64,000 bases of DNA from Phoronis australis (GCA_002633005.1 NMRA01000222.1:463635-527634), one strand, 5' to 3'. Shown: positions 38,049 to 51,108, numbered from the stretch's first letter. Notes: generated by a model from the letters alone, not told the origin. Made by a program: numbers and translations.

Positions 38049-38383
38049 AGGGACATTCCTTCGAGAAACATAATTTTTCAGACATCATCAGTAGTGCGGA
38101 ATCAAATCCACTAACTATGCATCAGAAATCGAACGCTCTGCTCGTGTGCGCATTAAAAAACAAAGTACTTTAATTAAACGGTAAAGATACCGGCCTTGAC
38201 TTAAGCAAAGTCTGACAGAAAACGTTGAGAATAGGTGATTTTAATATAAACTCACAAAAAATACATGAAATTGTTGCTTAATGGCTCTGATCAAAGCTAA
38301 AAACTTCAAGAAGTCAGAAGTCTATCCCTTCTAACCATAATCCCCAGAATACGTTTTTCTGCAGAAAAACCAATAGCGTGCCC
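38049..38383. mobile_element. Candidate TTAA-flanked non-autonomous element
   Basis: TTAA|AGGGACA ... GCGTGCCC|TTAA; weak TIR. Confidence 0.3.
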
Positions 38384-38727
38384 TTAAAACTCTTTCACCT
38401 GATCATGCAACTCCTGTTACAGCACAGAAATTACGTTCCATTACAGCGCGGAGTTTGAGCCATAATTTGTGTGCCTCAGCAATTAGGTTTGCAAATTATG
38501 ACGACTTAAAGTAAACCAACCCAATTGGCTCACGCCTAAGAAAAGCAACACCCCCTGGTGCTTCAATATGAGTGTACTTAAATCTCATCACATTAAAAGG
38601 AGTTGAAAACAAACCTCTAAGAATCTAACATAGATTGCCACGACAAACAATTAATTGACGAGTAATCACACGTGATATAGATTGCAAAATAAACGCTCAG
38701 CATTTAGTACCTACCACACAGAGCTGG

Positions 38728-38859
38728 TTAAGGACGCCCAGAAGTGGCCTGTTGAGTGGTCCGACTTAGTGGTTGCATTAGTTGACTCCACACTTTGTCA
38801 GGTTTGTCCTGTAACTTGGGGAGGGTTTTTAAGATGTCTCCAATCATAGTAAGTGAGTC
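38728..38859 (-). CDS. C8orf48: C8orf48-like terminal exon (DSLTMIGDILKTLPKLQDKPDKVWSQLMQPLSRTTQQATSGRP*)
   Basis: Acceptor TCTGCCCACTCAG, TAA at 38730-38728. Confidence 0.88.
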   Translation of the reverse strand, partial: DSLTMIGDILKTLPKLQDKPDKVWSQLMQPLSRTTQQATSGRP

Positions 38860-41800
38860 CTGAGTGGGCAGACATGAAAGAGATGAGTATTGTGAACACC
38901 CAGTATATCTCAACATAGCCAGACACCCTTCAATGCGCATGCGGTAATCCTTCGTTTATTCAGCACATAACATGGTCAAAACCTTTTTAATTTTGAAAAC
39001 AAACAAATTCAATACATTGTTAACAGTTGTCATAAAATAGCTTTTAGGAATCGTACAGGTTATATGTGGCCCTTAAGTCAGCCTCAGCAAAATAAAACTG
39101 AATTTCCAAAATTATTTGCGTATTAAGAAAATAAAGAACTACCAACACACTCCAATTACGTAAGGTTATCCAGGAATGGTGATGGTGAAAAAAATCCAGT
39201 CTGAAATAAGGGCCTCAGTAAAATGATCAGCAAAATTCTTACAATAAGATTGTGAAAAATGAACCTCGCTACAGCATGCCTTGCAGAAATGCTCCTAAAA
39301 CACCACTGACTTGAGGGTAAAAGTCAGAAAACTTGAAAGAGAAGCCTTGTGGTTACCATTCTCATGAAGAACAGTTGAATCAACTTCTTGATCATGGCAT
39401 ACCTGCAGAGTCTATGTGAGCTTACGGGAATCCAGTAGCACTGTAAACTCTCTGTATAGTAACTAAGAGTAGTAACAAAGAACACCAAATTTCGACAGAA
39501 AAATAATACGCAATTGGTAAAACAAACCTACCACTGCCCACAACTGTTGCTCAACTTTCTGCTCGGTGGTATGCTTGTCCAAAAGGGACTTCTTCTCCCT
39601 TAAGAACTTTTGTCTGGCGCATATGGCCATTTTCTTCCTGAAACCAAGAGTTGAAGGATGGAAAATGAAAACATTGGCCAAATGCCTGCTCAGTTGCAGT
39701 CCAGTAAAGACAGCTCTGTAATACACACTTACATAGTGCTGAGCAGGCCAAATTGTCACAATGTACCAAATTGTCATAACTTCACATATGTGACAATTTG
39801 GGTCAGCCCTGCAGGACCAAATTGTCACAGCAATTTTTGAAATAGTGACAATTAGGGACATTTCGACAATTTGGGCCTGCACATACAAGTAAAGCCATAA
39901 ACTAAAGATAACGTTGAGTCTACTCGCTGAATCTTCAAATTACCTGCAGCATTTGCATTTCTTTGGTTCATGAAATTCTGTTTGGTTGGCCTGAAAGTAA
40001 ATAGTGATGACCACTGAGACGTCAACATGCATCGGGAGGTAAAGGACGCAATTATTCATAATCACAAAACTTGATATACTTTTAACTTGTAAATTAAAAT
40101 TTCATGGTACCGTTGTAAAACTAAGGGAGGGAGTGCTACGATATTCAAGACAGAACGTTACTAATGTTTTCGGGAATCTTGCCTTGGACCTGTTTCAAGA
40201 AAAAAGTCTCAACACTTAAGTCAGAAATTTAGTCTCTGAAGCATGCTCACTTTTCTCACAATTATATTTTGTATCTAGAACTTAACAGAATTCTTGTCGG
40301 ATATCTAATGAAAACATCCGAGTCATGCCTACAATTCCAGGTTGTTTGGGAGAGGGCAACGAACTGAATCAAATATTAGTTGTAACTAAATCTAGTGACC
40401 ATATCAATGCCAGTGAAAGTAATAACAGCATCATTATTATGTAGTATTATAACACAATACCTGATGCATATTTTGCACAATATTCAGAGCCTTCAGCCTC
40501 TCTACCACTCTCCTGTTGACAGGTAGTCGCTCCCTACCATCTAACACGCTCGGATAATGTGCAGGTCGTACACCTTCCCGCCCTGTCGTGACAAACCATT
40601 TTTGTGAAAAACCTAAATCTAACACACCATCATATCCAATGCAGCACTGCAGTCTACAAATACTAAATATCAGATCGAGGTGCTGCTGAGAATGAATCAT
40701 TTCTGTAGAGACGAGCTTATATTTTGTTATGAGACTTATTCTATTTGGTATCATTCCCAACAATATTTGATGACAGAATTTCTTGGTGAAAAGTAGATGT
40801 TTTTGGCAAAACTTTTACAGGCGTCAAACTGCATTGTATTGCAGCAGAGCTCTTTGCTCAAACAGTGACTTTTGGGTGAGTATGTTGCCTTCTTGGGTAT
40901 CATCGTCAGTCCATATTTTGTATTTGTGGTCTCATCCAGGAAGTGTCAAATGACAAATCAAGGATTTTGGCTATTTTCCAGAAGCAACTGCAAAATTACA
41001 GGTTCAATAAGAGAAAAACATATACCATTAGAAAGAGCAGTTCCTTGTCCACATAATGAAATCGGTTTGTTGGTGCTATGTCATACACTTATCTCATAAT
41101 AGTGATTTGAAAACGTTGACTCCAATGACAGTTGTCATTTCTGATAAACTTTTCCTGCCATTAGGCATTCGCGATTTTGAATGTGTGGCAGCACCTCCTA
41201 TACCAATAGTGTGTATGAAACCGGCTTATGTGTTAATATTAACCTAAAGACTACTTGGAGTTTTACATGTCAAAATAAAAATAAAAGCTGTGTTGCACTA
41301 AAACTGTCTCTTACAGGACTTTGACACAACTGCTGCTCACTGGGAAGATTAAAACCCGACTGAGATGTCAAATTGTACAAATTGAGAACACGATAAATTC
41401 AAGAAAAAAATACAATCTTTTTTAAACTAATATACATTGATGGTTCAACCGAACTCATAACGTCAGTTTTACGTGAAAGTTAATTGAATACATCCACATA
41501 AATGTCAACTTACTGCTAACAGACGTGACCACGTCAATCTTTTTACTGCAGAACTCATTCAGCTCCAACCATTCTACAATAAAAGGCATCATATTAGATA
41601 TAAGTCTCTTGTACATTACACACCACTCAAAATGTGAATAATTAACCAAGTGCCTGTTTTGACAAAGGTCATAAGTTATGTTGTAGCTAAAAATGACATG
41701 TTGAAACCACTATAAAATGGGAAAATGTACAAGCTGGTAAAAGACTTCAAAATCCGGTAAAACCTTTTTATTGAAGACACCAGCACTTGAGCCTTATAGG

Positions 41801-44800
41801 AGTGGCCCTTCACCAGGTATGAAGACAAATGGTGAGAAGGGCCTTCTTATACTAACCTGTTCAAAACTACAATGGGGAGGGATGTGAGTAAGTGACGAAT
41901 AAGGAGGAATGGGAACAGTTTGAGGCAGTTGCTCATGTGTCCCATGTTTTTGTTATGACCACTGTTCTCATGGGTGTTGTTGCGAAGACAGTGGTAGGCA
42001 CAATATACAAACACATCACTCTGCCAATTTCATGACGTTTCACCAATTGCCACTTACAGACTCAGAGGAAGATGTAAAAAATAATGTATCATTGGCATTT
42101 GTAAATGTGGAATAGGCTCTTTTCCAGTGCTTTAATAGTTAACAATGTGAAAGGATTGTGTAAAATAGCTTCCCACTGATGAACAGTAACAAAGAAATCA
42201 TCGGATATTCCTACTGGTTGAATAATAATGTTAGGACATTCCAGAAGGTTGATGTTGAGAAATGCTTCAATGTGGAGCTCAATCTAATTTCGCTCGTCCA
42301 CCATATTGCTTCCTATATTGATGGGACTTAAAAGTAACAGAAAACTTTGTATCCACCACATGGTGCTGATGAATAAACACTACTCTTTTTAACACTAGCA
42401 GGGGCGGATACAGAAAAATGAAGTTAGGGGTAGAGGTGAGTCCACAGTATTAGCTAAGATTTTGCCCATCAGACATTCACACTGCCGAACTGTCAAATGG
42501 AATATGGGAGAATTTTAGGGGAGGGGGGGGGGCGGCTCCCTTGCCACTGAGAATAGATAGAGAGCACAAAACAGCTCATCCACAAGGGGCATCATGGTTC
42601 CATGTGATCACTTGAATGCATGACACTTCTCTAGCGCCACCTAGGAAATTTAAAGTCTCTCACTGCAATGGTGCACCCACAAAATCTAAATACAAGTTAT
42701 ATTCAACTGTGACACTGTATGTGCACCAACAACGCAGTGCACCAAAAACGCAGTGCACCAACAACGCAGTGCACCAAGAGGTACTTCATTACAGAAATTT
42801 ACCTATCCTTCCCCTTCTCCTCTTTCCGACAATCTTCGTTGCTTGCACAGGCTTTCTCACAACATCAATCTTTCTCTTACAGAAGGACTCCACTGCCTCA
42901 CACTCTTCTTCACTATCTGCCTCCTGCCACAATTGCAAGCGAAAATCTAAGTGGACCGTTTACTCTGATGACACGAGGCTCGTGCTGTCATTGTATAGAT
43001 AATTGTAGGGATCACAACCACACCGGAGACAACATCAGTATTTTTAAATTTTTGTTTTGAAAGTTTTCAAAAAGTATATTTGAATAACTTGTGAAAAATA
43101 CACATGCATGATTAGGTTGTTGAATTTTGAAAATCGGATAAGAAATGCGACTTTTACTACCTAAAACATTTGTACAATGTTGTCATAATACATTTTTCTG
43201 TCATTAATTCTGCTGGGTTTGCAACGGTTACTAGGCAGCAATTGGACTTTGAGGTAAGCCAAGTGTCATCGTACAGTTCTTGGCGTGTAATATTCCTTGT
43301 CGTGATTCGGTTCCATTTCCATTGTTAACTAAAGTCACAGGAAATGCAGACATGTACTATTTTTAACAAGTCATGCAAATCTAGGGCTGGCCAACCCCAA
43401 TAAGATTTGAAGTACTTTGTCAAATCGTTGATAGCTTCGATGATCTACTTGGCAACAGAAATCGAATACTATGATCACAGTAAGGAATATTATGAGTCCG
43501 ATTTTATGAGAGAACAATTCCATATTTTGTTTTTAACAAGACAAAATGCAGCTTTAGGCTGGACAAAATGCAAAATGCTGAGTTTAAAGGGGCATTTCCT
43601 TCATGGCGCAGCCCAAATGTGGAACCCTTGAACTAAGGGAATTAGCTATCATGTATTTTTGCTAATGAGCGACCCACATGAATTGATTTAAAATGGAATT
43701 GATTTAAAATGGAATTGATTTATTGTTATTGAGCGCAACCTGTGTCTTAGGCAATAAGTAAGGACGTCATTTTTATTGGCTACAACTGACTGCTTAAAAT
43801 GCCTTAAGTTCAGTGATACAGTATAAAGCATGTTTGAAATTTCCCAAAGCCATGATAAAATATTATCATTTCCAATAGAAGACTGGGGAAAAACAACTTC
43901 AAGGATTGCGAAAGAGAAAAAAGTTGGGCTGTGCAACTTAGAGCCGCTACAAACTGGGCTGCCATCACAAAGACAATCTTTTGACTTAGACTGTTTACCA
44001 TTAGGATAATGAAATTGGTCTCAAATTACTCAGCAGTCAGTCAAACTAGAGGTGATTTGAGGGTTTTGGAAAGAACCGACAGGCTCTAATAGTTGTTTTN
44101 CAATGAAATTTTTTTTCAATTATAAGGATCTATGAATCTCAAACTGTCTCCACAAACTCTTTTATACTTCTACGTCAAGTGAATATTGGAACTTGTTTAT
44201 CTTACTCATACTTTTTATTTAAAAATCATCAATTTTCTTATATGTGTTAACACCAGTTTAGTGTTGCATAACTTTTCAATTCAATAGGACTGCAGACAAA
44301 CAGTTGGCTCAAATCAAGTTGCCCATGACTTGATTAATGGCGTAGTGAACATATTGCACTCCGTTCACTGGCAAATATGGGCTTTTTTGTATTGGGATAA
44401 GTTGGGGTATATGCTAATCGCATTTTTTGAGTTTTGATTTCTTTGGAGATGTGTTGGCTGAATTAACCAACCTGTCAAGGTTAACAGATCAAAAAATACC
44501 ACCCATTTTTAATGCATCACTTCTTACAGGAACCACCGCCCATAATTTGAGTTTTTTTCTGAAGACCACCACCCATGAATTTTTATTTCTACTGCCGTCC
44601 CCCCCCTCCCACACGGATTTTACTGGAACAGCCCTAAGTTCAGTGATACAGTATAAAGCATGTTTGAAATTTCCCAAAGCCATGATAAAATATTATCATT
44701 TCCAATAGAAGACTGGGGAAAAACAACTTCAAGGATTGCGAAAGAGAAAAAAGTTGGGCTGTGCAACTTAGAGCCGCTACAAACTGGGCTGCCATCACAA

Positions 44801-47144
44801 AGACAATCTTTTGACTTAGACTGTTTACCATTAGGATAATGAAATTGGTCTCAAATTACTCAGCAGTCAGTCAAACTAGAGGTGATTTGAGGGTTTTGGA
44901 AAGAACCGACAGGCTCTAATAGTTGTTTTGTTATGGCATGTTGTCATTTTAATATCATTTTTTCAAGATATTAAGGAATAATGAACAATCAGTTCTGTGC
45001 AAGACCAGAAATCATTTCAAATACCACTAAAGAAAATTTTAAGACCGGTCTAAATCGAAAGTTCTCCTTGAAAGAACACAGGTTTATATTCATTTTAAAT
45101 TAGCAAAAAAGGCAGAGACAAGTGTCAAAGACTACTATGCCCTCAACAGTGCCTGTTGCTACAGGTATTAAGTTAATCCACTGACCCTCCTTCCCCTTCC
45201 CAATCCCCCCAACAGCAACACAGTGTCTTTATGACTAGAAGTCGTTCCAAGATAGTGCACAGTGTTGACACCAGTAACATAAATTTCGAATGAAATCAAC
45301 TAGGTGAGTTCAAGAATAAAGTCCCGCATACTTGTCTTTGTTTTATTAGCCTGCAAGCTTGATAAAATATTTAATTTACTTGGCACTCGGACTGGCCGTG
45401 TCATTTCAGACAAATATCTATGCCTAAAACATTGCCCGAGGCAGTAATGGTTAAGCCCACACCTTAACATCCCGACTTAAACTGCAGCACAAAAAGAATC
45501 GGAATTTCCCGTCATGAAGACTGAGCAGAAGCTGAATTCCTCATCATGACGGTTGAGTGCGAGCGAAATTTACCATCAGAGTAACTAGAACAACCCGTCA
45601 TTAAAGCCAAACGATATTCTAATTATTAAACACATTTTTCATGTACTGTGTGCACAGTGTTATCAAAAACACATGGTTTCGCAAGCAAAGTGGGATATTT
45701 ACAGGAAATCCCATACTTTTAAAGGATGGAATGACCAAATAGACAGATCCACTTAACCTTCAGTGCTTCACTCTGAGCCCATACTATTACAAACAGTGAG
45801 TCAACAGCAATCAACTCCTCTTACGCTGGAAACAAATGAGCTACTATAAACATCATCATCCTCTGACTCCGACTCGAAACTAGAACTAGTGTAATGTTCT
45901 TCTGATGTGCGTGTCACCGTTTGACTTGCAGATGATGACAGACTCCTGAAAAGAAAAAATCTTATAGCAATAAAACTAGATGACATTGGGGGGTATCCCA
46001 GGGCATGGAATGTTTGGTGATGTCTACCAGTACAGCAACTGCAGTTCCTTTGTTGAGATGTCCCAACCTCTGTTATGAAATCTGACTGAGCAACAGGATA
46101 GAGCGACTTGAGGTGTGTACACTAACACTTCTCAGACTGATTTTAATACCCAGAAGAATACGGAAGATCCCATGAGATGGTCATCTGGTATATTAGGAGT
46201 TCCAATGTCAGATAAATCCCAGGTCACCACAAAGTCGCCACAACGAGAAGCAAAGTCAGACAACAATTCACCTGAAATTAGCTTCAAAATTTGTGGTGAC
46301 TGCCAAAATTTAATCTATCAACTTTTTCCTAGATGCAATACCTTTGGTTCACTATGGCGTGATATCAGATCATTATCACGCCTCACATTGTCATTGTTGA
46401 ACAATGCACCTGGCGTCATGCAACAATCAAACTTATCCAGCAGATAATTTTGAAGTTTTATGCAACCCAGCCCAGCTGTGCAGGCTCCCCTCATTAGGAA
46501 CACACACTACATTTCATGAAAATCCATAAAGGAAGTCAATAAATGTATGCAAATGAAATTAGAATACTTTGGTACCAGGGTGCACCACAGCTGCCAGATC
46601 TGTCCAGGGGCCTCTGCTTTTCAAAATCTATAGGGGGGTAATAAACAATAATCTTCTCAGACAGTGCCATAAACCCTTTCTTAAGGAAAGTGCAACTGGG
46701 ACAGTTGTATGACTACGGCTGACAAACTGTGAATGTCAAAATTCAAAAGTCTTGTTGACGTGTGTGATGGACACACGATTCACAACCTGTTACTATCTGC
46801 AAAACTATAAGCTACCATGCAGACTAGTTACCCTCTCCAACCCAAAATATCTAAAAATCAGCACAGCTGTGTTTTCCTCAAAAGGAATACATTCAATCCA
46901 AACATGAGGACTTACACAGGAAATACACATTTACTAAACTTGACTTTAATAGTTTAAAGATCAGCGACAGCACCTACCTGGTCACTAACGTTGCGCTAGA
47001 CTCTGTGGGAACTTCACCTGCTGTAGACGTATCAGTTGCCAGTTCACGCCTTTCATCTGTAAGACTAGTTACTATTGCTGAGGTCTGGTAAGTTAACTCC
47101 GAGAATGACAGGACAATCTCCTGGTCATCCGTGTCAGATGACAT
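38728..47144 (-). CDS. C8orf48: C8orf48 homolog (DUF4606), 291 aa, 8 coding exons: 47144-46978, 45945-45825, 42923-42803, 41573-41514, 40582-40461, 39990-39944, 39637-39532, 38859-38728
   Basis: All introns GT-AG, phases consistent, 876 nt open to TAA. Ser/acidic N-terminus then ELNEFCSKKIDVV, LPVNRRVVERLKALN, HEPKKCKCC, FLREKKSLLDKH, DSLTMIGDILKTLPKLQDKPDKVWSQL, collinear with vertebrate C8orf48 as recalled (SYCTMKINLI, VPDELLNRIYFKN, HISYQCPYC, FLKQKKTLLE, DFLTRIGE..PRLSDDP..IWKRL). Confidence 0.88.
39532..39637 (-). CDS. C8orf48: C8orf48-like exon 7 (KKMAICARQKFLREKKSLLDKHTTEQKVEQQLWAV)
   Basis: Acceptor CTTGGTTTCAG, donor GTG|GTAGGT. Confidence 0.87.
39944..39990 (-). CDS. C8orf48: C8orf48-like exon 6 (ANQTEFHEPKKCKCC)
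   Basis: Acceptor TTACTTTCAG, donor AG|GTAATT. Confidence 0.85.
40461..40582 (-). CDS. C8orf48: C8orf48-like exon 5 (REGVRPAHYPSVLDGRERLPVNRRVVERLKALNIVQNMHQ)
   Basis: Acceptor TTTGTCACGACAG, donor CAG|GTATTG. Confidence 0.85.
41514..41573 (-). CDS. C8orf48: C8orf48-like exon 4 (WLELNEFCSKKIDVVTSVS)
   Basis: Acceptor CTTTTATTGTAG, donor A|GTAAGT. Confidence 0.82.
42399..42549. mobile_element. hAT-like MITE (CAGGGGCGGAT...GCCACTG), same family as 62854-63016
   Basis: Shared core AGTATTAGC..GATTTTGCCC.TCAGA and TGGAAT.TGGGAGAATTTT; no clear TSD. Confidence 0.65.
42721..42777. repeat. 16-bp minisatellite GTGCACCAA(C/A)AACGCA x about 3.5
   Basis: Direct reading. Confidence 0.85.
42803..42923 (-). 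CDS. C8orf48: C8orf48-like exon 3 (EADSEEECEAVESFCKRKIDVVRKP...KRRRGRI)
   Basis: Acceptor TTGTGGCAG, donor AG|GTAAAT. Confidence 0.8.
43801..44929. repeat. About 299-bp near-identical duplication (43801-44099 and 44631-44929) with a single N at 44100
   Basis: Identical ORF-track translations; first copy ends exactly at the N. Confidence 0.88.
45825..45945 (-). CDS. C8orf48: C8orf48-like exon 2 (SLSSSASQTVTRTSEEHYTSSSFESESEDDDVYSSSFVSS)
   Basis: Acceptor TTTTTTCTTTTCAG, donor C|GTAAGA. Confidence 0.8.
46978..47144 (-). CDS. C8orf48: C8orf48-like coding exon 1 (MSSDTDDQEIVLSFSELTYQ...SATLVT)
   Basis: Acceptor TCTTATTTAG at 47150, GCCATG start, donor AG|GTAGGT, phase 2. Confidence 0.75.
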
Positions 47145-48147
47145 GGCTGCTAAATAAGATAAAATTCATTGTAAATAAGATCAAAATAACACAGTAAGCA
47201 GGTGGCGAGACCGTCTCGTCCACAACTCGGCTCATCTAGAACTGTTAAACAATACGTAGTAAAAATCAACATTTGGTGAGATTAGCAAAGGGACACTTTA
47301 TGAGAAAAGGAAGAAGAAATGGTTACTTGTCACTGCTTATGAAGGCAGAGTTATAATTTTCATGCTTTTTTGTCCAAAAAGACTGCATCTAGTTACATGT
47401 ATTGATAATCTGAATGCATCTAATGAAAGATTATGTGATGGTGCTGATATTCGATTTAATTTGTTTATATAATGTGCAAGACTGGCAGGTTAGTTATAAG
47501 ATTCTATCACTGTAGGTACTTTTAACTGTGGGTTCAAGCCAAGAACAGCAACGTGACTGCACTGAAAGAAGTGATTTGTGGCATTCGTTATTACTTTGGG
47601 ACCCTGATCATGACAAATGTACATGACCTCGGGGCAGATCAAGAGCAAAATGACAAATCTCCGGGTTGTTACATAGTAAATTAGTTGTTGAATTTAATTA
47701 TACACTACCATCCATGTACAATCACAAAACAACTACCCTTTAAACAAATCCCCACGTGTAATTCTGACAGCTGGCATTGTATGTAATATAAATGTAAAGG
47801 TATCACTTATGTCTCAGTATTATTCTCCATCTTTGGCTTAAGTTTCATTTGCTTCATGTCTCTGTTTACGAGTCAGAAAAAAATAATCATTTCCAGCAAA
47901 GGCCCAGATTTAAAGACTCTATCTGCCCTCAAAGTAAGTGTCAACCTGGCACAGCCACTGATCTCATCTACCAGCGATATTCCTGGAGCTGCCCCTTTGC
48001 GTCATTAGCGCATAAAAAATAAAAAGGGCCAAAATACAATTGCAGCAGTGCGCCCCCTGGGTGCATCTTTTAAAACACAAAACTGACAAAAATGCAAGAT
48101 TTTCGTCACCTCACAGCCAGTTGGATAAAACGCGCCTTAGGACTTAA

Positions 48148-49820
48148 AGGAGCATGCCACCCAAAAAACAACCTTATTTGTATCAATTTAGATCGAGTAG
48201 TTCTACTCCATAACGACACGTACGGTTGCGTTACCTGACACCTGACGGCAGACAGAGGTGTTGAAATTATCCAATGACGTCATCGGTTTCACACGCAGTC
48301 TGTTCAGCAGTTCACAACACGGGTTACTGGTGTCAGCTTATCGCTTCAAGTCATCGTTTAACACCAATAAGTCATCAAACTTCGATGTAAAACCCTTAAA
48401 AATACACCGAGTTCTTATAAAAACGTGTTGTTTTATTTCGCTCTTACGGATTTATTGGTATTTGGACACATCATAGCCTACAAAGTTCGGCAGACCAATA
48501 AAGTCCGTAGCAGGAGTTTGGGGTCTGTTCGGAGATAATTTCGAAGTATTTTCCGTAAGATACAGACAGGAGAACCTAGATCTGTGTTGTTTAGACTTAA
48601 GATTTTTTGAGTTCTAAACACAAAACGCTTGTTATCGTGGCCAGTGGCTCGGAGCCCGATCGTCCCCGTCGCGGCGGGCCGGATTGACTCGTTATCCTGG
48701 CCAGTGGCTCGGAAACTGATCAGACATCACGGACATAAACCAGCCAAAGTTCAGTGGAAACTAAACTTCCAGTCAAGAAAATACTATACTATAGTGAGCC
48801 AAAGTAATGTGCACGCGATTATGTTGGTGAATTAGCCACGAAACTGCAAATCTACTTACTCGTCAGGGGCCGCGCGAATTCAGGTTCTGCTTTGGCCACA
48901 GCACCGTCAGGGCAGAAGTTGTACATTGACAATCATTATTTGAGTAATGTAAATGTAAATAAAAATTCCCCTAACACGTGGCCATGGGATGGAAATCGAG
49001 TTGTTTCACAACAGTTTCTGCCAGCAAACACTAAATTAGCATGAGCTCACACGGTCTCGGTGTCCCGTCAATTAGTTTTATTGCACCTAAACGTAGTGAT
49101 TTATTCATTGCTGGCTTCTCAAATCATTTGCACTCACGAACACTCCAAAGGCATTACAACTGCATTTAATGAGACAGACTTTGTTTCAGTTTTATGTAAG
49201 TATTGGTTAGGGTGAGAATAATTCATTTTGAAACAGAACACTCAGTAAAAAACGCCAACATGGCAACTCGCAATCCTGACTTAGGACGAGCTAGAGCTCA
49301 TCTGTCCCGACTTCGCTGGTGGACCGTTAAGTTTTACAGGCTATTAATTCGAACAGGAATACAGTGATGAAGAAATACTAGAGAGGCGCCGTGAACAAGC
49401 TCAGACAACGGAACGTATGGAGTTATTTGGTAAGCCGGCATTCATCAGGCACTGTCGACGTCTGCAGGCCACAGACACGGAGATGTTTCACGGCCTCATA
49501 CTTGCTATTTACAACATACATTTCATTCTTCACCACCATGAGCCACTTCTTAAGCATTTCGGACTCTCGAGGAAGTAAAAAAAACGATATACCCGCTTTC
49601 CTCGCAAGTCCTTAGTTCGGATAAGCAGGAACGATGCACCGCAACATAGCGGCATTCACTCTGCATATGAACCACTGACGTCGCTAGCGTCGTTTCTCAC
49701 CTTCCTCACAGGTTAACGCGACACCTCTTGGCAAGGTAAGATCGACCGTGTGAGAGGCGATGTGGATGTAGACCGATTAAGACGTCAAAAAAGACTAATT
49801 AAATCGGGTGGCATTCTCCT
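48148..49820. mobile_element. Non-autonomous Kolobok element (1673 bp) with TTAA TSD
   Basis: TTAA|AGGAGCATGCCACCC ... GGGTGGCATTCTCCT|TTAA (14/15 TIR match); THAP remnant inside. Confidence 0.88.
49463..49647 (-). pseudogene. Degenerate THAP domain (Kolobok transposase N-terminus)
   Basis: MLRCIVPAYPN*GLARKAGISFFLLPRESEMLKKWLMVVKN...HLRVCGLQ fits the THAP C..C / SFF.P / W / RVC pattern with a stop and lost ligands. Confidence 0.7.
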
Positions 49821-51108
49821 TTAAGGTTTCTGTTTCATGTTACCACTGAATAAGTCTGCTGGCCACAACTTTTTGGAAAAGGGCACACTTTTTATCATCA
49901 GGTGCGCCAAAGGGCACAGGTTCAAACCTCGTCAGGAATATCTCTCATCTACACTGCATTCAAAAGGCACACAGTATGGTCATAGAAATACAACCAACAC
50001 TCAGAACTTGACAATTCAGACAATTGTAAGATAATATCTGTCGTCTGTGTCGAAGTGTCGGACTCGAAAGCAGGAACCACCCAGCACGGAAACTACTGCA
50101 CAAAACATGACGGGGTAAGACACTTCAAGAGGTCGAGCTCATGAACAAATGAATTTTACGGCGTGTTCTCTTGACTGGTCGTACTAAGTGAGAAAACACA
50201 AGAAACATTGTTACCATAGTAGTAAAAACTAGTATTAAGATGTCTATGGTTTGTGGTAGTTACCTTTTACGAATATGGCGCCATATTGTCAACAACACCC
50301 TCTTACGAGAGGAAGTTGAACTGTTTTAACGTTTTGCTCAAATAAGTTTAGTGTGCTGGCTTGTGTGTTTTGAAATGGGTGATCGTGGGGCCAATAAGAT
50401 TTCTGTTATTGTCCATCGACTTTGGAACTATACAGATTACTTAGTTTTCTTATTTCCTTTTTAATAATAATTCAAATTTGTCTAGCAGAAAAACGCCACC
50501 TCTACTTGGATACAAATCTTCCGATCGATAATTTGATTCCCGGGGATAATGAAAAAGGATTATATGACGAGCAAGGTTGAACAGTGCTACACGAATATAT
50601 CCGATATTTATTCGAATCCTTTAGAATTAAGGACAAGGTAATACAAGAATTTTTAAAACATTTCAGTTTATTTTAAAAACACTAATTTCTAAAATTCAAG
50701 TTAAAAGATGACAACAAAATTTTTGAAACGGTCAAATTATTATGAGTGGATCATTGCTACCACCTTGCAAACACGTTAATACATTGGTTTTTTACTGCCT
50801 GCTTGAAATTCGCTCTAGTACGAGGGCACCGTTTTCCGAGGGGTAAGCAAAGTTGTCGAACGCTCGACTGCATCAGTTAAAGGCATGTAGCTGATTTTTG
50901 CATGGATTTAATCACTCTTAGTAGCGCCTCAGTGCAGTGTTAGGAAAATTATCTGCCTTTGTGTAAACGCGACCGTTAGAAACATTGGGTGGATTTAGTG
51001 AAATACGGGGAGAGTGCCACCAATCCCGAATGTCACGTCTTCGGGCTCATTCCAGGGACTTGTCCAACAAATCGCTGTCTTAGCCAATCAAATATGCGGT
51101 GCCACCAA

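Noticed and set aside
39403-39440. 38-nt exon-like segment (AG...CAG|GTATG) in the last C8orf48-like intron
   Set aside because: Would frameshift the conserved C-terminus; weak pyrimidine tract; at most a poison exon and unsupported
45990-46510. Extra coding exons between C8orf48-like exons 1 and 2
   Set aside because: Candidate frames hit stops or have incompatible phase; exons 1 and 2 join cleanly without them
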